Origin: an uncultured Candidatus Saccharibacteria bacterium
Lineage (GTDB): Bacteria; Patescibacteriota; Minisyncoccia; Minisyncoccales; JANBVM01
Length of the DNA stretch: 64,000 nucleotides
Reading direction: 5' to 3'
NCBI GenBank assembly: GCA_964450805.1
Contig: CAYVDD010000001.1
Coordinates: 393,288-457,287, forward strand
Numbering within the stretch: position 1 is the first letter of the stretch; the number at the start of each line of letters is the position of its first letter. Shown piece after piece: positions 54,626 to 62,040 of the stretch. Under the pieces are notes generated by a model that was not told the DNA's origin, did not search any database, and saw only the letters and a list, made by a program, of their open reading frames with translations. The position numbers and the translations under genes were made by a program.

Positions 54626-55693
54626 TTAAACAAAACTTATATTTATATCCAAATCCGAAACTATAGGTAAAGGTATGTCACCAGTTTCAATACAATCGTA
54701 CAGAACAGCATCATACCGATTATGTTTACAACGCTGAGTGCACTTCATAGATTTCATTTTGTCTAACATAAGTTTATGTTTTTCACCCAACCAGACTTTC
54801 ATAAAACCATCCTTTATATTTCCAATGTGTCTTTCTGGATAGTTTCTAAATTTGATACACGACGCCATATCTCCACCAGCAGTTATAACCCCAACGAGAG
54901 GACTACTAATACAACCCGAAGTTTCAGCTGCTACCGGTATCTCTACAGTCATTGCAGTGGTAGTAAGTACAGAAAAATCTTCCGTTTGATAACTCGTAGC
55001 TTTCTCCATGCCTTTATTCACCTGATTAATTATGATTTCAGGAAAAGATACTCCTTTTTCACTATAAGAATACTTGTATTCTATGTATGACAAACCTAAA
55101 TCTTTGATAAGCTTAGCTGCCCCCGGGATATCACTTACATTCTCGGACATTACCCTAAAAGAAATACCTAAAAGTTTAGGATCCACTCCGTTTTCTATAG
55201 ATTCTTTAATGTTTCCAATAACTTTGAGAAAATGGTCGCGCCTATGCACAACTTTGTAGGTTGATCGTTTCGCAGCGTCAAGGCTTATTCTGATAAAGTC
55301 TAAGTCACCACCGAGCATATTTGGTAAAACCTTTTGAAGTAAGACTCCATTAGTAATGATCCCATTATCTAAGCCGTAACTTTTAGAGGTAGATATAAGC
55401 AATGAAATATCAGAATGTACAGTCGGTTCACCGCCACCAACCCAATTAATACCACGGACACAGTTATCTTTCATCTCTTTAAGTACAGGAATTAACACTT
55501 GTGTATCAATGCTTCGAATTTTATTTTTGAAACTCGATTGGAACTCACAATCTATGCAGCTTTGATTACAGAACCCATCCACAGGATCTATTTCAACACA
55601 TATTGGCGTAGGAATTCCACCAGAAAGTAAGGTTTCTACTTTTTCTCTATGAAATAGTATTTTACGAAAATCATATCTATTTTTAATTATCAA
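54626..55693 (-). CDS. radical SAM enzyme, twitch/SPASM-like
   Basis: Motifs DGFCNQSCIDC (CX3CX2C) and NWVGGGEPT. The C-terminus has CISSPLVGVITAGGDMASC (C-x12-G-x4-C), then CTQRC. Confidence 0.75.
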   Translation of the reverse strand: MIIKNRYDFRKILFHREKVETLLSGGIPTPICVEIDPVDGFCNQSCIDCEFQSSFKNKIRSIDTQVLIPVLKEMKDNCVRGINWVGGGEPTVHSDISLLISTSKSYGLDNGIITNGVLLQKVLPNMLGGDLDFIRISLDAAKRSTYKVVHRRDHFLKVIGNIKESIENGVDPKLLGISFRVMSENVSDIPGAAKLIKDLGLSYIEYKYSYSEKGVSFPEIIINQVNKGMEKATSYQTEDFSVLTTTAMTVEIPVAAETSGCISSPLVGVITAGGDMASCIKFRNYPERHIGNIKDGFMKVWLGEKHKLMLDKMKSMKCTQRCKHNRYDAVLYDCIETGDIPLPIVSDLDINISFV

Positions 55694-55778
55694 TCAAATG
55701 CACCAATTTATTTTTTTTATTAGTTGCTATATCCAGCTTAATAATAATAGAATGCTTGTCAATAGTCACCGAAACAGA

Positions 55779-56390
55779 TTAATCTTGTGGAGCAAATGTA
55801 TTTTCTATTACTCCAGGCAATAAATCATATATAGATCTGCCAATAGCTTTTTCTATATCTCGCTTTATCTCAAAAGTTTTCTCTAGCTTTTCTACTAAGA
55901 AAGCTGTTTTTTTATGTCTTAATATGACATCTATCATTCTTTTCTCGAGCATCAAAAAGCCATTTTCGCCTCCTAACACATCGCATAACTGTATCAAACG
56001 GTCGTATTCTGTATATTTAACTTCAGATAAGTACTTAGAAATAAAAAGGGTGTCCTCATTAGAACAATCTTGTTTGCCAGCATAGGAGTCTATTTCTTTA
56101 ATCAAAAAGGGGTGTGTCAAGCATATTCTAGCAACATCTGGATACCCCAAATCATTCATGAATCTATATCCGTCTATAGTATGTTTCATGTAAAAAATAC
56201 CCTCTCTCCTCCCAATATCGTGAAGACAACCCAACACATATGATTTTTCTGGATCAAGTTCTTTATGATACTTTGCTATATTTCGAGCAGCTTCAGCTAC
56301 ATTAAGAGAGTGCTTAATCCATGGTCCAGGATTAAGTTTTTCTGCTTCCATTAATATTTCCTTGGTTTTCTCCAAAGATGGTGTCTTCAT
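55779..56390 (-). CDS. HD-domain metal-dependent phosphohydrolase
   Basis: H...HD motif: HSLNVAEAARNIA ... LGCLHDIGR. Confidence 0.7.
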   Translation of the reverse strand: MKTPSLEKTKEILMEAEKLNPGPWIKHSLNVAEAARNIAKYHKELDPEKSYVLGCLHDIGRREGIFYMKHTIDGYRFMNDLGYPDVARICLTHPFLIKEIDSYAGKQDCSNEDTLFISKYLSEVKYTEYDRLIQLCDVLGGENGFLMLEKRMIDVILRHKKTAFLVEKLEKTFEIKRDIEKAIGRSIYDLLPGVIENTFAPQD

Positions 56391-56480
56391 AATTTTTATT
56401 GCTTCAATAGTAATTAAGCTAGATTATAATATTATAAAAAAAATGACAGATCAGTAAAGTATCAATCTGTCAGATTATGT

Positions 56481-57227
56481 TTAAGGAAAACTACCAAAAT
56501 GCTTAGTAATCAAGTACTGATTGTTTAATAAGTATTCTAATCTTTTGGGTTCACCATAGTCTATATATAAACTTTCACTCCAAAGAACCCAAACTTTTGG
56601 AATAAGACAAGAAATAGATTCTCGTTCGAAAGTTCTATCTTTCTTTATATTTAAACTTGCCAGAAACTTCTGGGTTCTCACTATATATAATCCCATAGCA
56701 CTACCCTTAATATCGTATTGGATATTTCTTGATTTCGAGGATTCGTACATACTAACTACTTGACCAGTGTTCAGTGTTTTGACTAATCCAAAATTAGAAA
56801 CAGATTTTCTCCTTGTAGCCAGAACAATAGCATCTGCCATTTTAGCTAATCTGAGGTTATAAAGATCTAACAGACCAACATCCCAAACAGTATCAGCTAC
56901 CATAACAAAAGCATAGGGCGTATAAATCTTAGAAACACCATGGTATGCACTCGCTACAGTACTAACCAATTCATCTTCTAGTACGACAGAAACATTATCC
57001 CAGTATTTCTCAACCTCTCTCACTATCTGTTCTCCGTGAAAATGGGCTGTGATGACTATGTTGTATATCCCTGACTTAATTATCCAATTTATCAAATAAT
57101 GTATAAACGGAACACCGTTGAATTTTATTAAACATTTTGGTTTATCTTCGCAGTAGCTACCTAACCTACTTCCTTTACCAGAGGCTAAGATTACCGCACT
57201 ACAATCATTTAATTTCCTAAGTCGCAA
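56481..57227 (-). CDS. sugar-phosphate nucleotidyltransferase
   Basis: G-loop AVILASGKGSRLGSYCEDKPKCLIKFNGVPFIHYLI. Confidence 0.7.
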   Translation of the reverse strand: MRLRKLNDCSAVILASGKGSRLGSYCEDKPKCLIKFNGVPFIHYLINWIIKSGIYNIVITAHFHGEQIVREVEKYWDNVSVVLEDELVSTVASAYHGVSKIYTPYAFVMVADTVWDVGLLDLYNLRLAKMADAIVLATRRKSVSNFGLVKTLNTGQVVSMYESSKSRNIQYDIKGSAMGLYIVRTQKFLASLNIKKDRTFERESISCLIPKVWVLWSESLYIDYGEPKRLEYLLNNQYLITKHFGSFP

Positions 57228-57241
57228 AACAATCCCTCTTA

Positions 57242-57658
57242 TTAATTCTGTATGTTTTTAGAATTTAAATCTTTTATAAATTTGGAAAGAATTTTATTAT
57301 GGTCGAAAGCAAGATCAAGTCTATTAGCTTCGTCTAGTAATAACCATCTATACTCTTTAACATATTTGGGGGTTACTTCAGGTATCCCTTTTATAGGCCC
57401 AAAAAAGAAAAGGCTTACCGTACGAATACTATTAAATATTCCGTAATTATAGGTGAAGAAAGTCGGCTCATATTCACATCTCAAATCTGTCTGTACCTCG
57501 TACTTTACTGCTTTAGATGGATCGCTAAATTTACTAAAAGCTCCATAGCCCCCAACAAAGCCCCAATAATCTTTAAACGGCTCTCTAGCTCTCTTAATCA
57601 ACAATGTCTTTTGATGATTTAAGATCATCGCCACCGTAACAAGTAATGGTTGGTCCAT
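57242..57658 (-). CDS. NUDIX-fold protein with a degenerate NUDIX box
   Basis: LLIKRAREPFKDYWGFVGGYGAF...AVKYEVQTDL. The fold-typical G-G context is present, but the REUXEE glutamates are only partly conserved. An SD GGAG lies 9 nt upstream of the ATG. Confidence 0.5.
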   Translation of the reverse strand: MDQPLLVTVAMILNHQKTLLIKRAREPFKDYWGFVGGYGAFSKFSDPSKAVKYEVQTDLRCEYEPTFFTYNYGIFNSIRTVSLFFFGPIKGIPEVTPKYVKEYRWLLLDEANRLDLAFDHNKILSKFIKDLNSKNIQN

Positions 57659-57697
57659 TTACATCAACTCCATTTTATTTTTTTAAATACTAGACTC

Positions 57698-57726
57698 CTA
57701 ATATCAAATACTCTATTTATTGTCAA
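57698..57726 (-). promoter_or_regulatory. candidate promoter TTGACA-17 nt-TATTAG
   Basis: Minus strand: -35 TTGACA (57721-57726) and -10 TATTAG (57698-57703). The -35 is embedded in TTTTAGCTTGACA, the same context as in the repeat copies. Confidence 0.45.
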
Positions 57727-57748
57727 GCTAAAACAAAACAAAAATAAA

Positions 57749-57770
57749 AACTCCATTCATCGGCGGAGTT
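57749..57770 (-). terminator. intrinsic terminator after the histidine-kinase fragment
   Basis: AACTCC (57749-57754) / GGAGTT (57765-57770) with a 10-nt loop. The minus strand continues with a T-rich run. Confidence 0.5.
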
Positions 57771-57799
57771 AATACCTTTCTTTATTAACAAACACATTA

Positions 57800-58207
57800 T
57801 TAAACCCCTACCAAAAAGGGGAAGCTAACAATAAAAGTACTGCCTTTCCCCCTGCCCCTGCTTTCAGCTTTCACCGTAGCCTTATGCGATTCTACAAGGT
57901 TCTTAACGATAAAGAGCCCTAAACCTGATCCATTAGGATGCAAAGAGGTAGCTTTTTCACCCCTGTGGAATAGCTTAAACAGGTTCTTTTTGTCTTTTCT
58001 GTCTAGGCCAATACCAGAATCCTGAACTGAAATCTGGATGAACTTATTATCCTTTTCTTTTATTAAATCAAGGGAAACCTCAACCTTACCTTTGTCTGTA
58101 TAAAGCACAGCATTATCAATAAGACGAGATACTATCCTATTTATTATTTCTTCATCAAGTAGGGCTAAAGGAATTTTATCCTTTGACTTGTTGAACACCA
58201 TTTTCAA
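57800..58207 (-). pseudogene. N-terminally truncated sensor histidine kinase (HATPase_c domain only)
   Basis: N-box DNAVLYT, G1 VQDSGIGL and G2 GSGLGLFIVK are present. There is no DHp/H-box and no sensor or TM region. The frame is open only up to 58267, where it meets an AGGAGG and the repeat-borne promoter. It could still be expressed as a stand-alone ATPase domain. Confidence 0.55.
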
Positions 58208-58275
58208 TCCTTTAGCCTCAGCTATAGACTGCTGGGATAAATAGGGACGTTTCTGAATTAAAATTATCCTCCTTC

Positions 58276-58304
58276 AAAATAGCTCTGTTTCAAGTAAAAT
58301 TCAA
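58276..58304 (-). promoter_or_regulatory. candidate promoter TTGAAT-17 nt-TATTTT
   Basis: Minus strand: -35 TTGAAT (58299-58304) and -10 TATTTT (58276-58281), followed by AGGAGG. It is homologous to 52348-52376. Confidence 0.4.
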
Positions 58305-58472
58305 GCTAAAATTAAAAACCCGATTTAGTCGGTTTTTTGACGGCGATCGGTCTCCAGAACCGCGCCCAATCGGGCTCCCCCTATTGGACGCGTTCAGAAC
58401 CGTTAATTGGGTAGAAATTAGGGAAAATCTTAAAGACTTGGAGTATATTTTAGTGAAGGGTTAAAAAAAAAC
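58298..58472. repeat. intergenic repeat, copy 3 (hairpin + extra core + GCTCCCC + Y-type core)
   Basis: The left 27 nt are identical to copy 2. Degenerate hairpin CCGA/TCGG (58320-58332). GATCGGTCTCCAGAACCG extra core. GCTCCCC at 58374-58380. The Y core shares a 22-nt identical run with copy 1. Confidence 0.85.
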
Positions 58473-58509
58473 CAGATTAAATTGGCTTTTATTTAGCTAT
58501 AATAACTTG

Positions 58510-58773
58510 TTAGTCATAACATATACTGGTTTCGTCAATCTTGTTCTCACGACAAATGTATAGTTTGTCATCTTCACCTTTAATAATGTAACCTATAAGG
58601 TCACAGCTACAGTTACACATTTCAATTATTCTTCCTCCGTGGCCATCTTCATAAGGTTCTGTTCTCACATTATCTTGTTTAAAAACGCTATTACAATTAA
58701 GACAAACTCGGCGATAACCATCATTGTATAGTTCTCTTAGACTTAATCTTGTTATTTTTGTCACCTCTACCAT
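58510..58773 (-). CDS. small Cys-rich hypothetical protein (87 aa)
   Basis: Cys clusters are CLNCNSVF, CNCSCD, ICRENK and SICYD, suggesting a possible zinc-binding fold. It is the only gene between repeat copies 3 and 4. Confidence 0.55.
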   Translation of the reverse strand: MVEVTKITRLSLRELYNDGYRRVCLNCNSVFKQDNVRTEPYEDGHGGRIIEMCNCSCDLIGYIIKGEDDKLYICRENKIDETSICYD

Positions 58774-58794
58774 TATTCTTTTGTTAATATTAGA

Positions 58795-58823
58795 AGTCTA
58801 ACAAGCCACTTTCAAAAAGTCAA
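58795..58823 (-). promoter_or_regulatory. candidate promoter TTGACT-17 nt-TAGACT
   Basis: Minus strand: -35 TTGACT (58818-58823), overlapping the T-run of the copy-4 hairpin, and -10 TAGACT (58795-58800). Confidence 0.4.
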
Positions 58824-59036
58824 AACCCGAACTCTTGGCTCGGGATGACGGCTCCCCCGGTCGGTCTGGAACCAAAATTTGCGGGGAAAATCGGGCGTTT
58901 TTGAGGGTTTCAAATAACGCCCCTCGGTCGGGGCTATTTTAAGCTAAAATGAGACAAATGAGACACTATTTAAAGGTATGTCGAAGTGTCTCATTTTAGC
59001 TTAAATTTTGACAAAAAATTAGATACATTTTATAAC
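58821..59036. repeat. intergenic repeat, copy 4 (hairpin + GCTCCCC + X-type core + IR/promoter module)
   Basis: Hairpin CCCGA/TCGGG (58826-58844). GCTCCCC at 58851-58857. GGTCGGTCTGGAAC core. A 26-nt run at 58923-58948 is identical to copy 2. ATGAGACA x3 lies at 58949-58994. It lacks the ~30-nt extra core of copies 2 and 3. Confidence 0.85.
59008..59036 (+). promoter_or_regulatory. near-consensus promoter TTGACA-17 nt-TATAAC
   Basis: -35 at 59008-59013 and -10 at 59031-59036, reading toward the ORF at 59074. The homologous copy-2 segment (52601-52634) has TTAACG and a 5-nt insertion before TATAAC. Confidence 0.55.
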
Positions 59037-59073
59037 CAAATAGAAAATTCAATTTATTAATAAATTATAAGAA

Positions 59074-59400
59074 GTGATTGAAATATTTGTTACCTGTCCT
59101 AAGTGTGGAGCTAAAATAAGAGATACCGATACTTCTTGTCCTCGGTGTGGCTTACGAGATGCAGGAGTAGGCTCAAGAGAATATAATGAAGAATTAGTTA
59201 AGAAAATTAAGAGATCAATGGGTGGCTACGGAACCTTTCCTAGAAGCGCTTCTTTTACGTGTATTGATGGCTCAGCACATGAAAATTACGGTTCTTTTAT
59301 CGGAGCACGAGTTGTAAAAGAGGGGGATCTTTATGAAACTCTCGTTATTTACAAATGTCCTCGGTGTGGCAAAAAGGTAAAAGCAAAACAACGTTCCTAA
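59074..59400 (+). CDS. double zinc-ribbon protein (108 aa)
   Basis: GTG start. CPKCGAKIRDTDTSCPRCG lies at the N-terminus and CPRCGKKV at the C-terminus. Confidence 0.6.
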   Translation: MIEIFVTCPKCGAKIRDTDTSCPRCGLRDAGVGSREYNEELVKKIKRSMGGYGTFPRSASFTCIDGSAHENYGSFIGARVVKEGDLYETLVIYKCPRCGKKVKAKQRS

Positions 59401-59414
59401 TATTATAAAAACAG

Positions 59415-59433
59415 AAGGTGTTAAAAGCACCTT
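59415..59433 (+). terminator. intrinsic terminator
   Basis: AAGGTG (59415-59420) / CACCTT (59428-59433) with a 7-nt loop, followed by TATTTTTT. Confidence 0.65.
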
Positions 59434-59439
59434 TATTTT

Positions 59440-59468
59440 TTGACAAAAAACAAAATATATTTTAGAAT
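59440..59468 (+). promoter_or_regulatory. promoter TTGACA-17 nt-TAGAAT
   Basis: -35 at 59440-59445 (overlapping the terminator T-run) and -10 at 59463-59468. It lies upstream of the MBL hydrolase gene. Confidence 0.55.
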
Positions 59469-59518
59469 AAAGTAAACAATCTCATTTAAAATTAAATAAT
59501 GAAGGGGTGAGTTTTTAG

Positions 59519-60316
59519 ATGGATTGTAATAATAAAGTAGAACCCTGGTTTACAGTTGAAAAGATTGATAATGAAACCTTTGCAATTAGTGAATATGGAC
59601 ATTGGACAAATGTTCACTCTTACCTATATATCGGCAGTAAAAGGGCGGCTCTCGTAGATTCGGGCCTAGGAATTGGAAATATTAAGTCAGTTATAGATAA
59701 ACTAACTCAACTACCAATAATTGTAATTACAACTCATTGTCATTGGGATCATATTGGAGGACATTTTCATTTTGGAAATATAGCGGTTCATACGTTTGAA
59801 AAAAAAGTAATGGAGAAAGGCCCACCTATTCCTATTAAGATAACTAGGGATCAGCATGTATTAAGGCATCCATTTATCAAACCGCCTCCAAGAAGTTTTG
59901 AAATCGAAAAATATGAACGTTTTACAGGAAAACCAACACTAATCCTACATGACTTTGATGTAATAAATCTTGGTGACCGTAAACTTGAAGTAATTCACAC
60001 TCCTGGTCACTCCCCTGGTCATCTCTGTGTTTATGAAAGAAAAACAGGTTACTTAGCAACGGGTGATATACTTTACGAAGGTGATCTATTCGCTGATTTT
60101 CCAACCAGTAATCCAAAAGAATTTAGAAGATCTATTATAAAATTGATAGAACTTCCGTATGGTTTCTCTAAAATTCTACCTGGACACAATAATCTTAATA
60201 TTCCAATTGAATATTTATACGAAGTCCGAGATGCCTTTAGCTCAATAAAAGAGGAAGGTAATCTGAGACACGGAACAGGTACACATAGTTTTGAGCACGT
60301 TAATATCAAACTTTAG
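59519..60316 (+). CDS. metallo-beta-lactamase-fold hydrolase
   Basis: Motifs HxHxDH (THCHWDHIGG), HTPGHSPGH and a C-terminal PGHN. Confidence 0.8.
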   Translation: MDCNNKVEPWFTVEKIDNETFAISEYGHWTNVHSYLYIGSKRAALVDSGLGIGNIKSVIDKLTQLPIIVITTHCHWDHIGGHFHFGNIAVHTFEKKVMEKGPPIPIKITRDQHVLRHPFIKPPPRSFEIEKYERFTGKPTLILHDFDVINLGDRKLEVIHTPGHSPGHLCVYERKTGYLATGDILYEGDLFADFPTSNPKEFRRSIIKLIELPYGFSKILPGHNNLNIPIEYLYEVRDAFSSIKEEGNLRHGTGTHSFEHVNIKL

Positions 60317-60349
60317 AAACTATAAACCAGAACTAAAATAAATATAAAA

Positions 60350-60371
60350 ACAAGTAAATAATTTTACTTGT
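60350..60371 (+). terminator. intrinsic terminator
   Basis: 9-bp stem ACAAGTAAA (60350-60358) / TTTACTTGT (60363-60371) with a 4-nt loop, then T7. Confidence 0.6.
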
Positions 60372-60416
60372 TTTTTTTAGTTTTTTGTCTTCTTATCTCA
60401 AATTGAAAAAGTCACA

Positions 60417-61370
60417 ATGTTATACTATTATGATAAAGCAATGAGAATAGAAGAAAAAAAGGAGAAATTTCTCAAATCACTAAAACTAAGAGAAGATTCA
60501 ATAAATGAATTCCGTGAGAATTATTATAGTAAATTAGATTTTTTCCAAAACGTAAAAGGTTTATTCAAATACCGCACTAAATATCTAAAATATATAATTT
60601 CTATATACAAGCCTCTTTCTGTTAAAATCCTAACTTTCTGGGGAGAGAATTTTTGGACTACTCTACCCAGAGAAAAGGGTCTTTATTTTTTTGGCTCTTT
60701 GGGTAATTTACAAGAGATTACTCTTACTAAATTTTTTATTCGTAATTTTGAACAAAATTCTATATTTTATGATGTTGGTGCTCATTCAGGATTTTATAGT
60801 ATGTTAGCTCGAGAGTTGATAGGAAGGGGTGAAATACATTCATTTGAACCGGTTCCTAAAATTTTTAAATTACTGCAAAAAAATATGGATTTGAAAAAGG
60901 AGAAAATATTTTTAAATTGTTCTGCTCTCTCTAAGAAAAAAGGGGTTATAGACTTCTACGAAGATTTAGAGGGAGGAGGAAGAAGCACTTCTATTCTTTT
61001 GAATTTAACTTATGACCCTAAATCTCCTCCATATAAAGAAACTAAAGTGCCATCTATAACACTTGACGAATATTGCCAAAAACATACAAAACCAGACTTT
61101 GTAAAAATAGATGTTGAAGGAGGGGAATACAATGTTATTCTCGGAGGAAAAGAATTATTTAGAAACGATAATCCTATTATTGCAGTAGAGATATGTAGGA
61201 AACCATTATATAACATCCCACATAAACAATCCTTGGACTTATTATATAGTCTTGGCTACAAATCCTATAAAATAAATCAGGAAGGAGAACTAGAATTAAT
61301 AGAAAGAATCTATCCAGAAAAAGATATTCCTGAAAATTTAGGATGGGATAATTTTATCTTTAAAAAATAA
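60417..61370 (+). CDS. FkbM-family methyltransferase
   Basis: Motifs FYDVGAHSGFYS, HSFEPVPKIFKLLQKN and DFVKIDVEGGEYNVILGG. Confidence 0.75.
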   Translation: MLYYYDKAMRIEEKKEKFLKSLKLREDSINEFRENYYSKLDFFQNVKGLFKYRTKYLKYIISIYKPLSVKILTFWGENFWTTLPREKGLYFFGSLGNLQEITLTKFFIRNFEQNSIFYDVGAHSGFYSMLARELIGRGEIHSFEPVPKIFKLLQKNMDLKKEKIFLNCSALSKKKGVIDFYEDLEGGGRSTSILLNLTYDPKSPPYKETKVPSITLDEYCQKHTKPDFVKIDVEGGEYNVILGGKELFRNDNPIIAVEICRKPLYNIPHKQSLDLLYSLGYKSYKINQEGELELIERIYPEKDIPENLGWDNFIFKK

Positions 61371-61428
61371 AAATAGATCTTTTTTAATTTATTTTACTTT
61401 AAATAACCGGGATTCATCAACCCCTGTT

Positions 61429-62034
61429 TTAGTAGTTTCCGATTAGTTTAATAAGCTTTTTCTTACATTGAGGAAAAGATTTAAAATGAATTGTTTTCAT
61501 CTTTAACTTCTTAGGATAAAATAAGTTTTTTAAATTATCATCAATTATTATACATTCTTGCGGGCTTACCTTTAACCTCTTAAGAATATAGAGATAGATT
61601 TCTTTTTCTGGTTTTCTCATTCCTACGTCAAAAGAATATATAACAGAATCGAAATTCTTATTTATTACTCTTGTTATTGAACCCTTACGATAAAAAGGAA
61701 TCCTGTTTGACAATAAACAAATATGGTACTTTCTTCTTCTTAAATCTTTTAACAAAGCAATCATTGTTCTGTTAATTTTTGCCCACTTCTTGAATTCACC
61801 TATCCATATTTTCTTTAATTTTTCATAATCAGAAATATTAAGATCTTTTGCCATTTTCTTCCAAAATTTATTCTCTGAGATTTCACTTTTTTCTAGTTGA
61901 AAAATGAACTGTAAAAATTCTTTCTTAATTCTCTTTATATTTTCTCCAAATTTCCCCGAAACGGCTCTATAAATATAGCTACTAGGATTATTTCCAATTA
62001 CCCCACCGTAATCAAAAATTATCACTTTAACCAT
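61429..62034 (-). CDS. HAD-superfamily hydrolase (IA-like)
   Basis: Motif I variant VIIFDYGGVIG, LLSN (motif II) and CIIIDDNLKN (motif IV). Confidence 0.65.
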   Translation of the reverse strand: MVKVIIFDYGGVIGNNPSSYIYRAVSGKFGENIKRIKKEFLQFIFQLEKSEISENKFWKKMAKDLNISDYEKLKKIWIGEFKKWAKINRTMIALLKDLRRRKYHICLLSNRIPFYRKGSITRVINKNFDSVIYSFDVGMRKPEKEIYLYILKRLKVSPQECIIIDDNLKNLFYPKKLKMKTIHFKSFPQCKKKLIKLIGNY

Positions 62035-62040
62035 ATTTCA

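Noticed and set aside
46011-59036. Repeats as integron attC sites, a DGR TR/VR pair, or a CRISPR array
   Set aside because: I see no RYYYAAC/GTTRRRY core pair and no integrase, which argues against attC. The differences between copies are not adenine-specific and there is no reverse transcriptase, which argues against a DGR. There are only four dissimilar-length copies kilobases apart, with no short regular spacers and no cas genes, which argues against CRISPR.
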